DNA from: Octopus vulgaris | Lineage: Eukaryota | Assembly: GCA_951406725.2 (NCBI GenBank) | Contig: OX597826.1 | Coordinates: 61,938,001 to 62,002,000 of the forward strand | Reading direction: 5' to 3' | Length of the DNA stretch: 64,000 bases | Shown here: in pieces, positions 1-14,737 of the stretch | Layout: every line of letters starts with the position of its first letter | How positions within the stretch are numbered: the first letter of the stretch is position 1 | Position numbers and translations under genes: made by a program | The notes under the pieces: model-generated | The model's input: only the letters and a program-made list of their open reading frames with translations | Databases searched by the model: none | Told to the model about the DNA's origin: nothing

Positions 1-1302
1 CATTTCAAACATTCAATTCTGTTAGAGAGCATATATTGTTCTTTCTGCCGATCTACTTTAACTCCTCTGATATAATTAATTATTATCATTGTTCCTCACA
101 TCCAAATGAAAGCCATCTTATAAACTTACAACAATACAGGAACCGTTATTATATGAATTAGTAAAACCGTTAGCGTTTTCATCTTATTTAATTTGATTTA
201 TCTCATTGTGTTCCGCTTCGTTGTATTATCCCCTACACAATTCTTTATTTATCTTTCTGTTATACTCCATCGTTTTTGTTTTACTTCTTTTTATTCCATT
301 ATAAGCGTGCCCTTTGATACTTAATGCGTTGATATAAAATATACAGTTTTCTGATAACTTATAATCCTTTATTACACTTTAGCATTTGCTACTTTTATCT
401 TTCCAGTTTATCCCAATCTTCTCCAAAATTATAAATGTTGTTGCTGAGCCTCCATTCTCTTTCTCCAAAATTATAATTCGATATATTTGTTTTATATTTA
501 CAGTACCGTACATAATTATATACTCTATAATCTATTGTAAATGACAATCTTTAGAAACCTTATACTCCTTGTAGTCATGAAATTATAATACGATTATTTC
601 ACCTATAAATATTTATTCACAACACACCTCGGGGAAAACATCGGTTAAGACAGTATTCTCAACAGGCAACGAAATACAGAGAAAGCAACTCAGGACTTTT
701 TCGCCAATCTCCCCTTTCTAAAAAAATTTATATAAAAAAAGGACGGCATGTTGACATAATACATATCGTACATGAACTGTAAACCTCTCCCAGATTCGAG
801 AGGTGTGGCGATATAACCTGCATATGATAGATATAAACAGCAATTAACACAATGCTGTCTCGTATTTTCCTTTCTATTACACGTTTAAGTTTAGCATCTC
901 TCTCTCGCTCTTTACGCTTTAGGGCATGATATCTTTTGGCACTGTCGATCCAGTGTCGTCTATTTAGCTTCTCTTACTCAACCAGGCTAATTTAACATCG
1001 TTTTGACGCTTATTTGACCTGTTAATGTTGCTCTAATTCTCTACATCTCTCCTTATATGTGAGCATTTTTCTCTTTGTGCACACACAAACACACGCGCAT
1101 TATATTGAATATGGGCGTGTTTATATCTTTTCAGGCGCGTGCGTGTCTGTATGTATGTGAGTGAGAGTGAGGGTGTTATTTTGTGTATGTGTTTGCGTGC
1201 GCGGTGTGTTTACATCCAATACCAAAAAACACAGTCACTGAAACAGGTTGATAGTCGAGTCAGCCGTACAAAATTAAACTTTGTCGCAAAATTTTAATTT
1301 TC

Positions 1303-2095
1303 TTTGGTCAGTAAGTGTTATTTCCTATTTGGTCAGTGTTATTTCCTATTTGGTCAGTGTTATTTCCTTTTTGGTCAGTAAGTGTTATTTCCTATTTGGT
1401 CAGTGTTATTTCCTATTTGGTAAGTGTTATTTCCTTTTTGGTCAGTAAGTGTTATTTCCTATTTGGTCAGTGTTATTTCCTATTTGGTCAGTGTTATTTC
1501 CTATTTGGTAAGTGTTATTTCCTTTTTGGTCAGTAAGTGTTATTTCCTATTTGGTAAGTGTTATTTCCTTTTTGGTCAGTAAGTGTTATTTCCTATTTGG
1601 TCAGTGTTATTTCCTATTTGGTAAGTGTTATTTCCTATTTGGTCAGTGTTATTTCCTATTTGGTAAGTGTTATTTCCTATTTGGTCAGTAAGTGTTATTT
1701 CCTATTTGGTCAGTGTTATTTCCTATTTGGTAAGTGTTATTTCCTATTTGGTCAGTAAGTGTTATTTCCTATTTGGTCAGTAAGTGTTATTTCCTATTTG
1801 GTCAGTGTTATTTCCTATTTGGTAAGTGTTATTTCCTATTTGGTCAGTAAGTGTTATTTCCTTTTTGGTCAGTAAGTGTTATTTCCTATTTGGTCAGTAA
1901 GTGTTATTTCCTATTTGGTCAGTGTTATTTCCTATTTGGTAAGTGTTATTTCCTATTTGGTCAGTAAGTGTTATTTCCTATTTGGTCAGTGTTATTTCCT
2001 ATTTGGTAAGTGTTATTTCCTATTTGGTCAGTAAGTGTTATTCCCTATTTCGTCAGTGTTATTTCCTATTTGGTCACTAACTTATTTCCTATTTG
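1303..2095. repeat. Minisatellite, 21-bp unit GTGTTATTTCCTATTTGGTCA with 25-bp (+GTAA) and GGTAA variants
   Basis: Unit read directly and repeated over about 790 bp. ORFs 1315-1758 are artefacts of it. Confidence 0.97.
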
Positions 2096-2523
2096 CAATC
2101 CAATGAAACAATTACTATTCTCTTCAAACTTTGCTTTTATGACCCTGGCATTATTGTTGTGAAACTGATCTATTTTCCATTACATTTCAGAGATTCGGCG
2201 TTGAGTGGCTGAATCTGAAATATCGTTATAGAAAAATTCTGCTTGTCATTTGCTGGACCTTAGCTACTTAAGCATGTTCCTTAGAGGCTGACAATAATGC
2301 TTATAATTAGAGGCTGATTATAAGCAGGTGTAACGGAGGAGCAACACAGCCATATGTTGAGAGGTTTGAAGAAAGGTAACAAAAGCAAATTTTAAGGAAA
2401 ATATTAGCCAACATTCATATTTTCTTATGGTAAGCTAATAGGAAATTACTGTTCCTAACCAAGGATAAGAATCGTGTTACACAGTGTCATCGGCATTCAA
2501 ACAGCTGAATTCTACCCTCTAGT

Positions 2524-3709
2524 TCAGATGGTAGGCTGAAAGGTTCATAGGTTGACAAAGATACTCTCACTGAATAGGACTAGACGAGATGTATTTTTCA
2601 GCATAGTCCCTCATGCAGTCCACACACTTCTCCCATCGGTATGACAATGCTTGGATATCAATGATGAGTGTCAACAGCAGATGTGATGCCATTCTCACTG
2701 TGATACTAGTTCTCAACCAAGGTTTTTTTTCTTGTAGACTAACAGATGATTACAGGGGTCGAAATCAGGAGAATAGGGATGGCAATCAACAAGTTCAAAG
2801 TCACAGTCAAACACAGCAGCCACTGAAAGCAAGGAACTGTATGGTGAAGAAGTGTCCTGATGAAACAAGACACTTTTCATCGGGTTTCCTGTGCTTTTGC
2901 TCTTGATAGCCTTTGTAACTGCATCAGCAAGTTGGCATAGTACGATCCATTAATGGTGTGGCCCTTTTAGATGATAGTCAATTAGCATAATACCTTTAGC
3001 ATCCCCAAAATTTGAGACCATCACCTTCCCTTCAGAAGAGGAATATTTCCACCGTATGGATTTTCTCTTTGCTTCTAGCTCAGAGTAACGAACCAATAAG
3101 CTGATCCTGTTTTAGGAAACGTTCAAAGAAACCAGCTGGATCTGCCTCATTTTCTGAGAAAGATGTTTCCCATGATAGGATCAGACTGGTACGCTTCTGA
3201 TCAAGTGTCAGAAGATGTGACACCCACCGAGTAGAAACATTCGTCATGCCAAGTTCATTGTTAAAACCATTCTCAACTCGCTCACGGGAATTGCTAACAG
3301 CAGTGGTTATTTGATTTATAGTCAATCCCCTGTTATCCATCAGCTGGAGGAGAACAAGATCAATGTTTATCTCTGGGGTGACAGTTGCAGGACATCAGAA
3401 CTTAAGTTATCTTCAAGATTCTACTTTTCCCTCCCAAATTCGGCTGCCCACTTTTACACTGCTGAAAAAGCTGGAACACCATCCCATAACGCATCAAACG
3501 TATCAGCATGCATGTCGTTGGGGCCTAAACTCTTCTTCTGTGGGTACTTCTGTAGCTACTACTTACTTTTAATGTGTTCTTTGAACTGTCAGATATCAGT
3601 TTATCTAGAAGAAAACATTGCAGTTATTAATGAGTGCGGAGATTAAATTTTACAGCTCTAGCATCACTCCTTCATAGTCAGTCTATGGACTTTTTAGCAC
3701 ACCTTCGTA
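2524..3709 (-). mobile_element. Degenerate mariner (DD34D-type) transposon with TIRs
   Basis: ORF 3080-3340 gives ELGMTNVSTRWVSHLLTLDQKRT..ADPAGFFERF (mariner WVPxxL region). 33-bp TIRs at 2524-2556 and 3677-3709 match at 23/33. Confidence 0.85.
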
Positions 3710-4439
3710 CATCCGCTGTGATGTATATTGTATATATATTTTTACTATTCATTTCATGTTTAATTCATTCTCAAATTCTGTTTTTGATTTCATTTGTTTA
3801 TATCATCATTGTATTGTCCACAGTATTGTATCTTGTATTCTGTTATTCATTTCAAGATTCGCCATTACAAAATATCATTTCGCACTATCTTTTTTTTATT
3901 CCACGCTATTTCGTTTTTCATCCTTACAAGTTCACACGGTATTTTCATCACATACTGTTACACGTATGTTATCATCCCACCTGAAGCATATATTATCATT
4001 TTGTTTAGAAGATTTTTCAATATAGTATTATATTGATATTTTGTTATGCTATATTATTTACGCCGCAGTCATTGAAATTGTACTCATATCACCATCGTGT
4101 CTAGCACGTTATTATAACACCATCAGTATTGCTATCATTTATTTGTTTAATTTATTTTAAACCAGCATTTACTTAATAAACTATACCCTGAGTCAATCAG
4201 GTTCAATTTCAGGATCACTGTGACAGTGATATAATTCTTAAATTTATGAGAGTTCGGTATTGCAATTTATAGCCTTTTTTTTTTTCAGGAGAACAATTAT
4301 GTTAATAATAGATACAGACAGAACTAGAAAAGTGCTTGAGAACATAATCGCTAATTTAACAAAGCAACTTTAATCTAGCAATCACTGAACATATTTTTTT
4401 AAAAATTAAACACACCTTTGCCATAAGCACTCTAAAAAG

Positions 4440-5400
4440 ATTATTCTAGAAATCCGCGTTCAACTTCGATGACTGCTGCAATACGAGCCCGGAATCGTTG
4501 ACATACCTTCACTAAATGTTCTTAACTTATTTCAGACTTCACCAGAATAATTACGGATTTCAATGAAGCTATGATATTATGAAAGAGTCGATTAGTCTCC
4601 CTTTCAACAACACTCCAAGCGTAATAGTTCAGAGGGACTGAATGTTGCAAATTTCCCTTCTACAAATTAGTTATTACGTGATTGTAAAGGTTGTCTCTCA
4701 TCCATCATTCTTGGTCTTTCATGTTGAAATACGTACTGCCTTCCAGAGCTTAACAACTGTTACCAGCACTTCAATGTATCCAGCAGTATTAATTCTAAGA
4801 CTCTGTAGAATAATAAGATGCTATGATATAATGTTCGTTGCCCACAAGTTCTCACCATTACAGGTGATGGATACTTAGTGTGCATAACTCTGAGAACATT
4901 CGAAAGATTTACCCATCACAAATTGCCATTTAGACATCAGTTCTTGGTGGAAGTTTTTCTCAATAAAGGAGACCTAAAATATACCATGTACTTAAAAGTT
5001 TTTTTCGAATGGACCGAAGTTTTTCTGTGATTTGCAGGCATGAACTGGCCTCTTCTAAGCATATAAAAATTGTAACGAATATTCATATGCACCACGGTTC
5101 TCATAGTCCACATCGACAACAGACGTTCTTTGCTCGATGGCTCACATTAATATTGTGGCACCACCGTCGATAATGTTTTGAATCCGTTGGGTGAATTAGC
5201 GAGTCCTTCTAATATCCGAAAGTTTAGAATGTTTTTCTCTTTCATACAACTGAAACAATCCAACTAGAGGCTTCCACTTCTATTCGAACTTTGGTTACAA
5301 AAGATCTTGCAGCATTTAGAGAGTTGCCAATTTCTAAATCGTTGCAATGACCACACACCTTTTGATTATATTTTGTGCTAGAATTTTATCTGCTGTGGGG
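4440..5400 (-). mobile_element. Tc1/mariner (maT/DD37D-like) transposase remnant
   Basis: Minus-strand pieces INTAGYIEVLVTVVKLW, YVFQ, PLNYYAWSVVERETN and FRARIAAVIEVERGFLE*. Frameshifted; ends not resolved. Confidence 0.75.
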
Positions 5401-5561
5401 CATCTGAGAAACTACAAAGCTTTTGTTGTTTCGAAGAGTCTAACATACCGATAATTAAATGTCCTCAAATAGCCCTCGTTCACAGCGCTCTGCACATATA
5501 CATACATATATACTCGTACATTCATACATACATACATACATACGTACATATATAAATATAA

Positions 5562-5617
<56 letters not shown>

Positions 5618-6000
5618 ATAGAAGACTACTTCGTTTGAACGGATTGATCTCATTTTTCTACAATCTCTGTAATAGAAAATGTATTATGCATACACATATT
5701 CAAACATACACACCCTTTCTTTATTATCTCTCTTGCTCTCTCTCTCTCTCTCTCTCTCTGTTCATACATATATATATAATTCAAATCATAAGACAAAGAA
5801 ATCCTTTAACACAGCATTAGTGATTTGTTATAATTGTTTCTTTAAAAACTCTGCCTGCAACGTCAGTTTATGTAATATTCGAAGTGAAAATTTAAGTACT
5901 ATTTACAGTTTTTGACATCAGAGTGACACTTCATCAAAGGTACAATCTTACACTGTGTGTCGTCCACACACTGTTTTTGCTTATATCAGGAGGAAACAAA

Positions 6001-6065
<65 letters not shown>

Positions 6066-6384
6066 CATGGTTATGGGATGAATCATAACTATAGAGATCA
6101 TGTAGAGAGTATTAAAAGGAAGAAGTAGTAGAGAAAGAAGAAGAAGAAGAAGAAGAAGAAGAAGAAGAAGAAGAAGAAGAAGAAGAAGAAGAAGAAGAAG
6201 AAGAGAATAATGATACATATATATATGAAATTAAGTAAATGACACACGAACAAGACGTTATGCAATGAAATCTTTACCTTACATATATTTCTGTTATAAG
6301 ATGGTGTGCTTTCAGCGCTGAGTACTGGTACGTCGCTTTATAGCTCACCACATAACCTTCATTTTAGACGCATATTATTTTAGA

Positions 6385-6465
6385 AGCTCCGAGGAAGCTA
6401 TAAAGGGATAGACAAGCACACAGCTCTGAGTTCGCGGCATCCTATAGCAGAAACGGCTGTAAGCT
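6385..6465 (+). ncRNA. Type-I hammerhead-ribozyme-like motif (CCGAGGA core variant)
   Basis: AGCT-CCGAGGA-A-GCTATA..GGAT..ATCC-TATAGC-A-GAAA-C-GGCT-GTA-AGCT. Stems I, II and III all pair. Confidence 0.6.
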
Positions 6466-6655
6466 AATCAAGTTCATTGCATAATTTTACTTAATTACTT
6501 ATTACGATCTGTACACAACTCACGCCTTTATTCTGAACCGTATGTATACTGGGTTCTAATATCAGGTTATTAGAATTACAATTGTATAGAATATCCTGAT
6601 GAACCACGGTTCTCATCGAAACATATAATATTTAAATGTATATTTATGCATATCC

Positions 6656-6686
<31 letters not shown>

Positions 6687-6996
6687 TATATGTCTGTACG
6701 TATACACACACACACACACACGCACATATATATATATATGTATATATATATGTGTGTATATATATATATATATTTGTAGGTGTGCTTCTGTAAAATAAAT
6801 TATAAGAATATAAGCAATGCTATATCTCAGTGGTGTATGAATGTTACGATGGCGCGACGCATATTGAAATTGAGTAAATTAAAATATGTGTGCAGATAAA
6901 AATTTAAATTTACTGGAATCTACGAATATAATTTGTCTACAGATATCAAATTAAATTCTCGCTTACATATATGCATGTGTGGCAGGCTGGGCTATA

Positions 6997-7076
<80 letters not shown>

Positions 7077-9004
7077 CACATTCATCTGATACATACGTCT
7101 TATACATTATTTGTATATCATTAAATCATCGAATGTTTGCAAATAATTTCTGATGTTGAGATTAATTTGCGATTAAGTTCTCGTATTGATTCCGACCTAT
7201 CATTAATGGTTTTCTATGATTTCCCAAACTCCATTTCCGAAAAATTTGGTAACTTTCCAAATTAGTTGACATTGCTTACCTCATATACGCCAGTAGTATC
7301 AATAGTCTATTTTAGATAATAATTTCTTAATGCTTGATGTATCTTTAATATGTTGTTGTGAACGTCAAGATATATCCCTATCTTTGATATAGTAGTTGCT
7401 GAATAGTTCTCAATCTTATACTTACAAATATACAGAAATATGTCTATACATACCATTATGAATTAATACACGCAATTGAAACAAACTTATATTTATATAC
7501 CAATGTGCATAACATAATTTATACATAATCGTCGAACTGAAGTAGCTACGATATTTTGTCTCAGATAAAATTTCTCGAAGTCGATTGTGTGTGAAAAACA
7601 CATGGTTTCGCTCAGAGCTCCGGTGTACTACCTGATACAGAGTTTCGGTTTAATTTGGATTCATCAGTAACGAATAACTCAAACGTTCGGACCCAAGTCG
7701 AAAATGTTTGTAGAGATAGAAATTGATAACGAAAACATTTACTGGCTTGTATGAAAGCGAGTCAAACTAGTATAAAATTAACACATGTACTTGAAACAGA
7801 GATTAAAATGCCGATGTGTGTAACATTTAATGTGAGTATACAAACATGGATCATCACTAGCTGTAACATTTTGCGAATGTAAATAAATGCAGGGTATGCA
7901 AACTATATTATACGGCTGTTTAAGTATTGTAACAACTGACAACAAGACACTTATGTAATTATAATTAATTTTTCAACGCCAGTGTTGTTAGCAACATTTG
8001 CGATATTTGATTTCTCTGACAATTAATTCTATTCCACAGATATTAAAACTAGAAAGATACAGACATTATCAGGAAGTTTTCAGATTAATGATGGCATTGA
8101 TAAGCCTCGTGTTAGATGATCATTATGGGTGTTATGATACCACTTTACAAGTAACAAATAATAACACTAAATATAGGTATTCCGACCAATTGTGAAACAC
8201 TGAAGGGAATAAGATAGTTATAGATGGATACATTGCTCTTTAAAGCCATTCGTATTTCATAAAACACTAGAACTACTGGTGTAAATTAGGTACCCCCAAC
8301 AAAGACGTGGATGAAAAATACTACCTTTACATACCAAACACACTATGCATTAGCATGTTTGTCATGAACTTGGTGCTAACAACAATCAAAATTGGAGAAT
8401 AACAAGTAGCTTGCTTGTGCTAGAGATAGCAATCGAAAGCTATGCATGCGGGATAACAGTAGGTTTCAGGGTGTCATCAGGAAAGAAAGCGCACCATTTT
8501 GAGGCCTTCTCTCCTGAAGAATCCTGTAAACTACTGGCATCCGGTATGCAAAGATTTCGATTGGTAGCACAGTTACAAAAGCAAGATGTTTGCAAGTCTT
8601 CAATTCCGATTGTTGATAGCATTGAGCTCACAGAATTGTAGCTTGTCGGGGACTTATGTTTGCAACATCACATCACATTTCGTGGGCTATGCATTTCTAA
8701 TCCAAGAGTAAGAGACTGTTTAATAAATACTTTCTGAACATATGAAACGTCGAAGCCAATAAACTCCCAAAGATCAAACCGAAAATATTGACTGTTGCAA
8801 GTCTGTGGAACACATTTCATAAGTGATTTCCGTCTACCAAGAAATTTCTGTAAGGTACTACCTCCCATCATAGCTATATGTAAACTTATAACTAATAATG
8901 GTTACATTGTAATGGCTACAAATATATTTCCTCTTGTTGAAACTCCGAACACCGACAGCTTGAGCGAATACTGTAATGCACTGCAGCCGGTATTTTTGAG
9001 AAAA

Positions 9005-9236
9005 TTGCGGCGAGCTGGCAGAAACGTTAGCACGCCGGGCGAAATGCTTAGCGGTATTTCGTCTGCCGTTATGTTGTGAGTTCAAATCCCGCCGAGCTCG
9101 ACTTTGCCTTTCATCCTTTCGGGGTCGATAAATTAAGTACCAGTTACGCACTGGGGTCGATGTGATCGACTTAATACCTATGTCTGTCCTTGTTTGTCCC
9201 CTCTGTGTTTAGCCCCTTGAGGGTAATAAAGAAATA
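9005..9236 (+). mobile_element. tRNA-type SINE family A, full length
   Basis: GCGGCGAGCTGGCAGAAACGTTAG head, GAGTTCAAATCC box B, CCTTTCATCCTTTCGGGGTCGATAAA core. 16-bp TSD GGTATTTTKGAGAAAA at 8989-9004 and 9237-9252. Confidence 0.92.
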
Positions 9237-10602
9237 GGTATTTTGGAGAAAAAGTCTTTGGAGCGCCGTGTTTCTGAACGCTAGACTCATTGATGGAAGA
9301 TCCCCCAAAAAGCTTTCCTCGAACACAAAAATATTAGCTTTCATATAATTATTTTAGAACAGAAAAGAATTATTATTTAGAGTTTTAGAAGTCAGCTCAC
9401 CGGTATATGTAAAGATTTCCTTCAAAATCAGCGACGAAGACTATTTACAACTGCTACAAAAATAATAGCTTCTCTGTCCAAACTATAAATACGTATTTGT
9501 ACATGAAATTATTGGTACAATGGCTATGTTACTAAATTGTTCTGGTGCGATCAGCTGCGGATAAATATAAATATTACCTAAAACATCATAAAATCCATAG
9601 TAATGCGGAGCGTGATATTTGCGTATTTGTTTTTCAAATATGCCATTAATAAAACTATATATGAAATAGTTTTCTGTATTACTTTCTCTAAAAGTTTCGC
9701 TTTAAATAATCGTTTTTGACAAACTTTCCACACATAGTGCTGCAGTAATATTTTTCTGCTTGATCGTCAGTGTCCTGTGATTTCCAAAAATATTAAGAAC
9801 TGCCCTAATTGGTGGATCGAAAAGCGAATATTTTTTCAGACACATAAATCACCGGCTAACATGCTTATTGAGGAGGAAAATAACCTCTGTAAGGCAGATA
9901 GTAAGCATATGCAGAACATCACTAAAGTTCAACATGTAAATCTGTAAATTTTCTCTATTGCTGCAGACACATGCATATATTTGTGTATATATTTGTGTTC
10001 TTGTATATCAGTGTACGAATGTGTGGTGTATGTATATATGCACGTCAGTTTGTATACAAAGGCCCATACAAATACGCACTCACATACTCACAATCATGTA
10101 CACACACACACATATAAAATATATGTATGTACAAATGGACCTGTAAGTGTATTAGATATATCAACTATACACCGATAAACGTTCAAACCTCACTCAGTCT
10201 TTTCATGCTAATCATGCTAGCCCATGTTTTCATATTTATCGTTTTCGAATCTTGAATTCGAAAGCAAGTGTGTGTATGTGTGTTTGAGAGAGACAGTGAA
10301 AGAGGCGGAAAGAGAAACAGAGCAGAGAGTGTGTGTGTGTGTGGGGGGGGGATACAGATATTTGTGCTTTTTGTTGCGTGTCTAACAGAAAGGAAAAGTA
10401 GGTATTCTGTCTTCCATTCCCTAAATAGGGCCGAACATCTCAAAAATTAATTTGAAATAGAAAATAAATTGAAAATGACATCATATGACGAAGAGAGTTT
10501 GACAGTTGAAGACGAAAGGAGACAGGAGGAGGGAGAGCATGTTTTAAAATCAATGCAAATCTGTATAAATATATGTGCTGGTGTGTTTGTGTGTGTATAA
10601 AC

Positions 10603-10673
<71 letters not shown>

Positions 10674-10687
10674 TATATATATATATA

Positions 10688-10729
<42 letters not shown>

Positions 10730-12299
10730 TGTATATATATACGCACGTTTTTCTACGTCTATATAAATGTATGAATACTTCCTTGTATGTTTGCACGTGC
10801 TTTTATTTTTATGATGAAATTTTCACTAGTGCCTCTAGACATAAACGAAATTCCGACATGTTGAACATATATAAGAAAGAAAAAAATAACAAAAGAAACC
10901 CCGAAAAATCATAAATTAATAATCACAACACTAAACAAATCATGTCATATTCAAAATAATAGTATCAACAACAGCAACAACAAAAACTTTAATAATCACA
11001 GCAACAACATTATCTGCACTGAATAAAAAAAACCTATTTTCACTTGGAACACGACGTGCATCAAGTTTCAAAATTTATAAAGGTAAATAAATATAAATAA
11101 TGCAAAGAAAATAAATATAAATAAAGGAAAACATATAAGTAAGTAAATATATAAATAAATAAATAAATAAGCACGCAAAGTTTGTTTTTTATGAAACAAA
11201 AGTAAGTGAATAATATTTCAAAGAAAATATAGTAGAAAACAGGATTAAAAATGTATTTAACGATTTTAGTGGCAGCACTTTATAAATTCATTTGTAGATT
11301 TTGTGAAATGTTCAAAAAGAGGATAGAAACTGCCAAAAGATATTTCGTTAAATATGAGAAATGGTCATAGAACACATACAAACAGACGCGCAGACACTCA
11401 TATATATATATATATAAACATACGTAAGCATCCATAGACGCATGCATACGTTCAAGAGATATATAAGTACAGATTGGTATACATTATATATACTTGTGTA
11501 CTGAATTTCTTTGAAGAAGTCGAAAATTGAAGAATTGAACGTATGAATTGTATATCTTGTTTTTATATGAGTTTGTCTGCCAAGCAATTTCGTGATTTCT
11601 TAACCTGACACACTCCAAGTTCACCTTGTTTCGTCTTCTCATTCTCCCCCTCTATCAATCATCGTATTTCTCTCTCTTTCCTTCTCTCCCACTGTGTTCC
11701 TCACTCACTTTGCCTCTGCCTAGACATACATACATACATACATACATGCATACATACATAATAATTAGCTGAAGCAACAGAGTGACTCAAGGTATGAGAG
11801 ATGCGTCTGCTAAATATTAAGCAAAATACACACACACGTATTTTGAATTCTGTTTTCCCTGCTTGCATCATCAATTGTTTCACAGGTTACACACACACAC
11901 ACACACACACACATTTTTATGTGTATGTATATATATGTGTGTGTAAATATATGTTATATAAACATATATATATGTGCGCGTGTGTGTGTGTTAATGAACA
12001 TAATCTCTATATGCAAACAATCTCACATGAATTCACATACAAACATAATATATTATTTTTACATTCAGTTCATATTTGTATATAATAAACTTACATCTTT
12101 ATTTATGTATGTCTGTACGTGATTATGTATATATATAGACAGCATCCCCTGGAAATGGTATTGTATGGTTTTGCGTGCGTTAATATGGACCAAGTTATGT
12201 TGTACTTAAGTTTATCTTCCTTCAGTCACCACACAAAATCAGCGAAAGATGTTGAATGTATCTTATTGATTCTTTGGCAACATGGCTTTGATAACTATT

Positions 12300-12620
12300 C
12301 TTAATTGAAGCAACCGTCCTGTGTGTACGGTACATCTATATACAAGATTTTTGTACTCATACAGAGGTTCATCAATGGACATTTTGATCTTCCTCTGCAT
12401 GAGCATTTATCATAAGTATTTGTATATATGGCAGTTCTGATTTCATTTTGCGACGTTGTTACTATGTTAGCTATATCATAAGCATTTCTACTATTACAAT
12501 TTGACCGTAATTGGTGCTTTTCATTGCAGTTTACATGTCCCTTGTTGGTATTTAGATGCATATGCTCGCTAGATCCAGTAGGTAGGTTATTGCATTTTAC
12601 TATTTTCTAAATTAGTATTC
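12300..12620 (-). mobile_element. Penelope-like fragment (Cys knuckle before GIY-YIG)
   Basis: KCSCRGRSKCPLMNLCMSTKILY matches the CxC..CPL..C..VY pattern seen at 61.6-62.0 kb. Confidence 0.6.
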
Positions 12621-12709
12621 TCTAAATAACTATATAGACACACACAAACACACAAACACACACTCACACACAAACACACACGCGCACCCATACACACATA
12701 TATATATAT

Positions 12710-12935
12710 TTATTTACTACCCACAAGGGGCTAAACACAGATGAGACAAACAAGAAAAGACAAACGGATTAAGTCGATTACATCGACCCCAGTGCGTAAC
12801 TGGTACTTAATTTATCGACCCCGGAAGGATGAAAGGCAAAGTCGACCTCGGCGGAATTTGAACTCGGAACGTAACGGCAGACGAAATACGGCAACGCATT
12901 TCGCCCGGCGTGCTAACGTTTCTGCCAGCTCGCCG
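12710..12935 (-). mobile_element. SINE family A copy
   Basis: Reverse complement of 9005-9236 along its length. Confidence 0.92.
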
Positions 12936-13142
12936 TCTATATATGTAAACTGCGTTTCAAATTATTAACGACGTAACATTCTTTTTATTTCATAAATACA
13001 GCATGATGGGAACGGTTATATGAATGTGGTGTAAAAAAACGTGCTGTTTTGCACAAGTGCAAACAAACTGTGTACATTGGCACAATTTCCACCAAGTTTC
13101 AGTGCTCCAAATCATTAACGAGTGGTCTGATAATAGTGTAAT

Positions 13143-13560
13143 TATGGGTCGTAAATGTGACTTAACTACTTCAGAGAAATCTGTTAGCATTTCTGAACTT
13201 GTAAATGGTAATTCAATATTAAATATATCTAAAATAATTGGAAGCTGTGAAAACATTTGTTACACCTCCTACTAAAATACGGAAGTGAGACGACAAGTGT
13301 CATTCGAAGGGTAATTCTCAACTTTCCCTGTTATGGCTAAGAGTGAAGTTGTAAAGAACCAAAGTCTTACACATGGAGAATTTATCAAGAGCATTGGCGA
13401 AATAACTATGTCCAGAACTACCCGATGTCGTCTTCTAAAAATGATCGGTAAACCAATGGCATCAGTTAAAAAGCTTCCCTTAAAAACCAATACACATAGA
13501 AAATCGTCTGAAATGGGCAGAAAATAACATGGAGGTCGACTTCTCAAAAGTATAATTAAA
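13143..13560 (+). mobile_element. Tc1-like transposase 5' remnant
   Basis: MGRKCDLTTSEK..GNSILNISKIIG and VVKNQSLT..SRTTRCRLLK..KKLPL resemble the Tc1 paired-like DNA-binding region. Frameshifted. Confidence 0.65.
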
Positions 13561-13941
13561 ACCTTGCTAATAATTTGAAACGGTGAAAGTCAGGCAAAGG
13601 GGGAGGGAAAATGAGAAAAATATGTCTTAATTTAGGTATTTATCTACATGTATATATGCATATTCGCACACACTCGTGCACACACGCACATACACGCATG
13701 TATGTTTGTTTTTACATACACACACATGAAGGAAGATAATGAACTGAAATTAAGAGAACTCTAACACTCTAACATGCATTGTAATATATTTAGGCTAATC
13801 CAGTATATATCTTTCTGGTCTGACCAACCTGCACCACATCAGAGAAGACCCAGTGAAATAGAACAGTACATCAGCCTAAATAGCTATAATGTATTGTCTG
13901 CACATACACACACTAGAACACACATGCCCATATATAAGCAC

Positions 13942-13989
<48 letters not shown>

Positions 13990-14212
13990 ATACTCATACA
14001 CATATATGTAGTAGTATATAAATATATGCTAATTGTTGTGGCTTTAGTACGCTTATGTCCAGTAACTCGGACGTAATTATCTTTCACAGCCGTTCATAGT
14101 ATTTGAGGAAGCAAAGATCAAGTTTGTCTATACGAAAGCATATTGGAGATTTTTCTTTTACACGAAAAGGGAAATGTGTAATCTCATTATTTACACTAAT
14201 CCTACTCTCTTA

Positions 14213-14261
<49 letters not shown>

Positions 14262-14328
14262 CCGACATCAGAACACGTGATCTCTATATATATGTATTTA
14301 TGTAAATATATGTATATCTCTCTCTCTC

Positions 14329-14379
<51 letters not shown>

Positions 14380-14696
14380 GTAGTGAGTGAGAGAAAGAGA
14401 GAGAGTCAAACATAGAGACACAGAGAGACAAACAGAGAGTGAAATAAGGTGGGAAATAAAGAAATTGGTAGGGAAGAATCTGCTGAAATACTGTAATGGC
14501 AGTTTACTTCTTAATCGCAACAGGATGAAATCTAATGTTGCCACCAGTGTCGTTTGAACTGCGAATAGCGACAACTTGAACGAATATTGCATTGCAGTGC
14601 AGCCAGTATTCTAATGACAAGGTATTTTGAGTACCAGATCTAATCTAATGCACCGTTCATACATACATACATCTTTCTCTCTCTCTCTGTCTCTCT

Positions 14697-14727
<31 letters not shown>

Positions 14728-14737
14728 TTCGATATAG

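Noticed and set aside
1303-2095. CRISPR-like regular array
   Set aside because: No unique spacers, no cas genes, eukaryotic context.
7595-7670. Minus-strand CTGATGA..GAAAC..GTA and GCTC-T-GAGC-GAAAC
   Set aside because: Stem II or stem I does not pair, or the core is deleted. At best a decayed relic.
8455-8485. CTGATGA-CACCCT-GAAA on the minus strand (similar case at 17162 on plus)
   Set aside because: No stem II pairing; expected by chance.
9505-9530. WYNGY and YLYIPN motifs suggesting a bacterial AAA-ATPase-like gene
   Set aside because: Motifs are in the wrong order and surrounded by stops.
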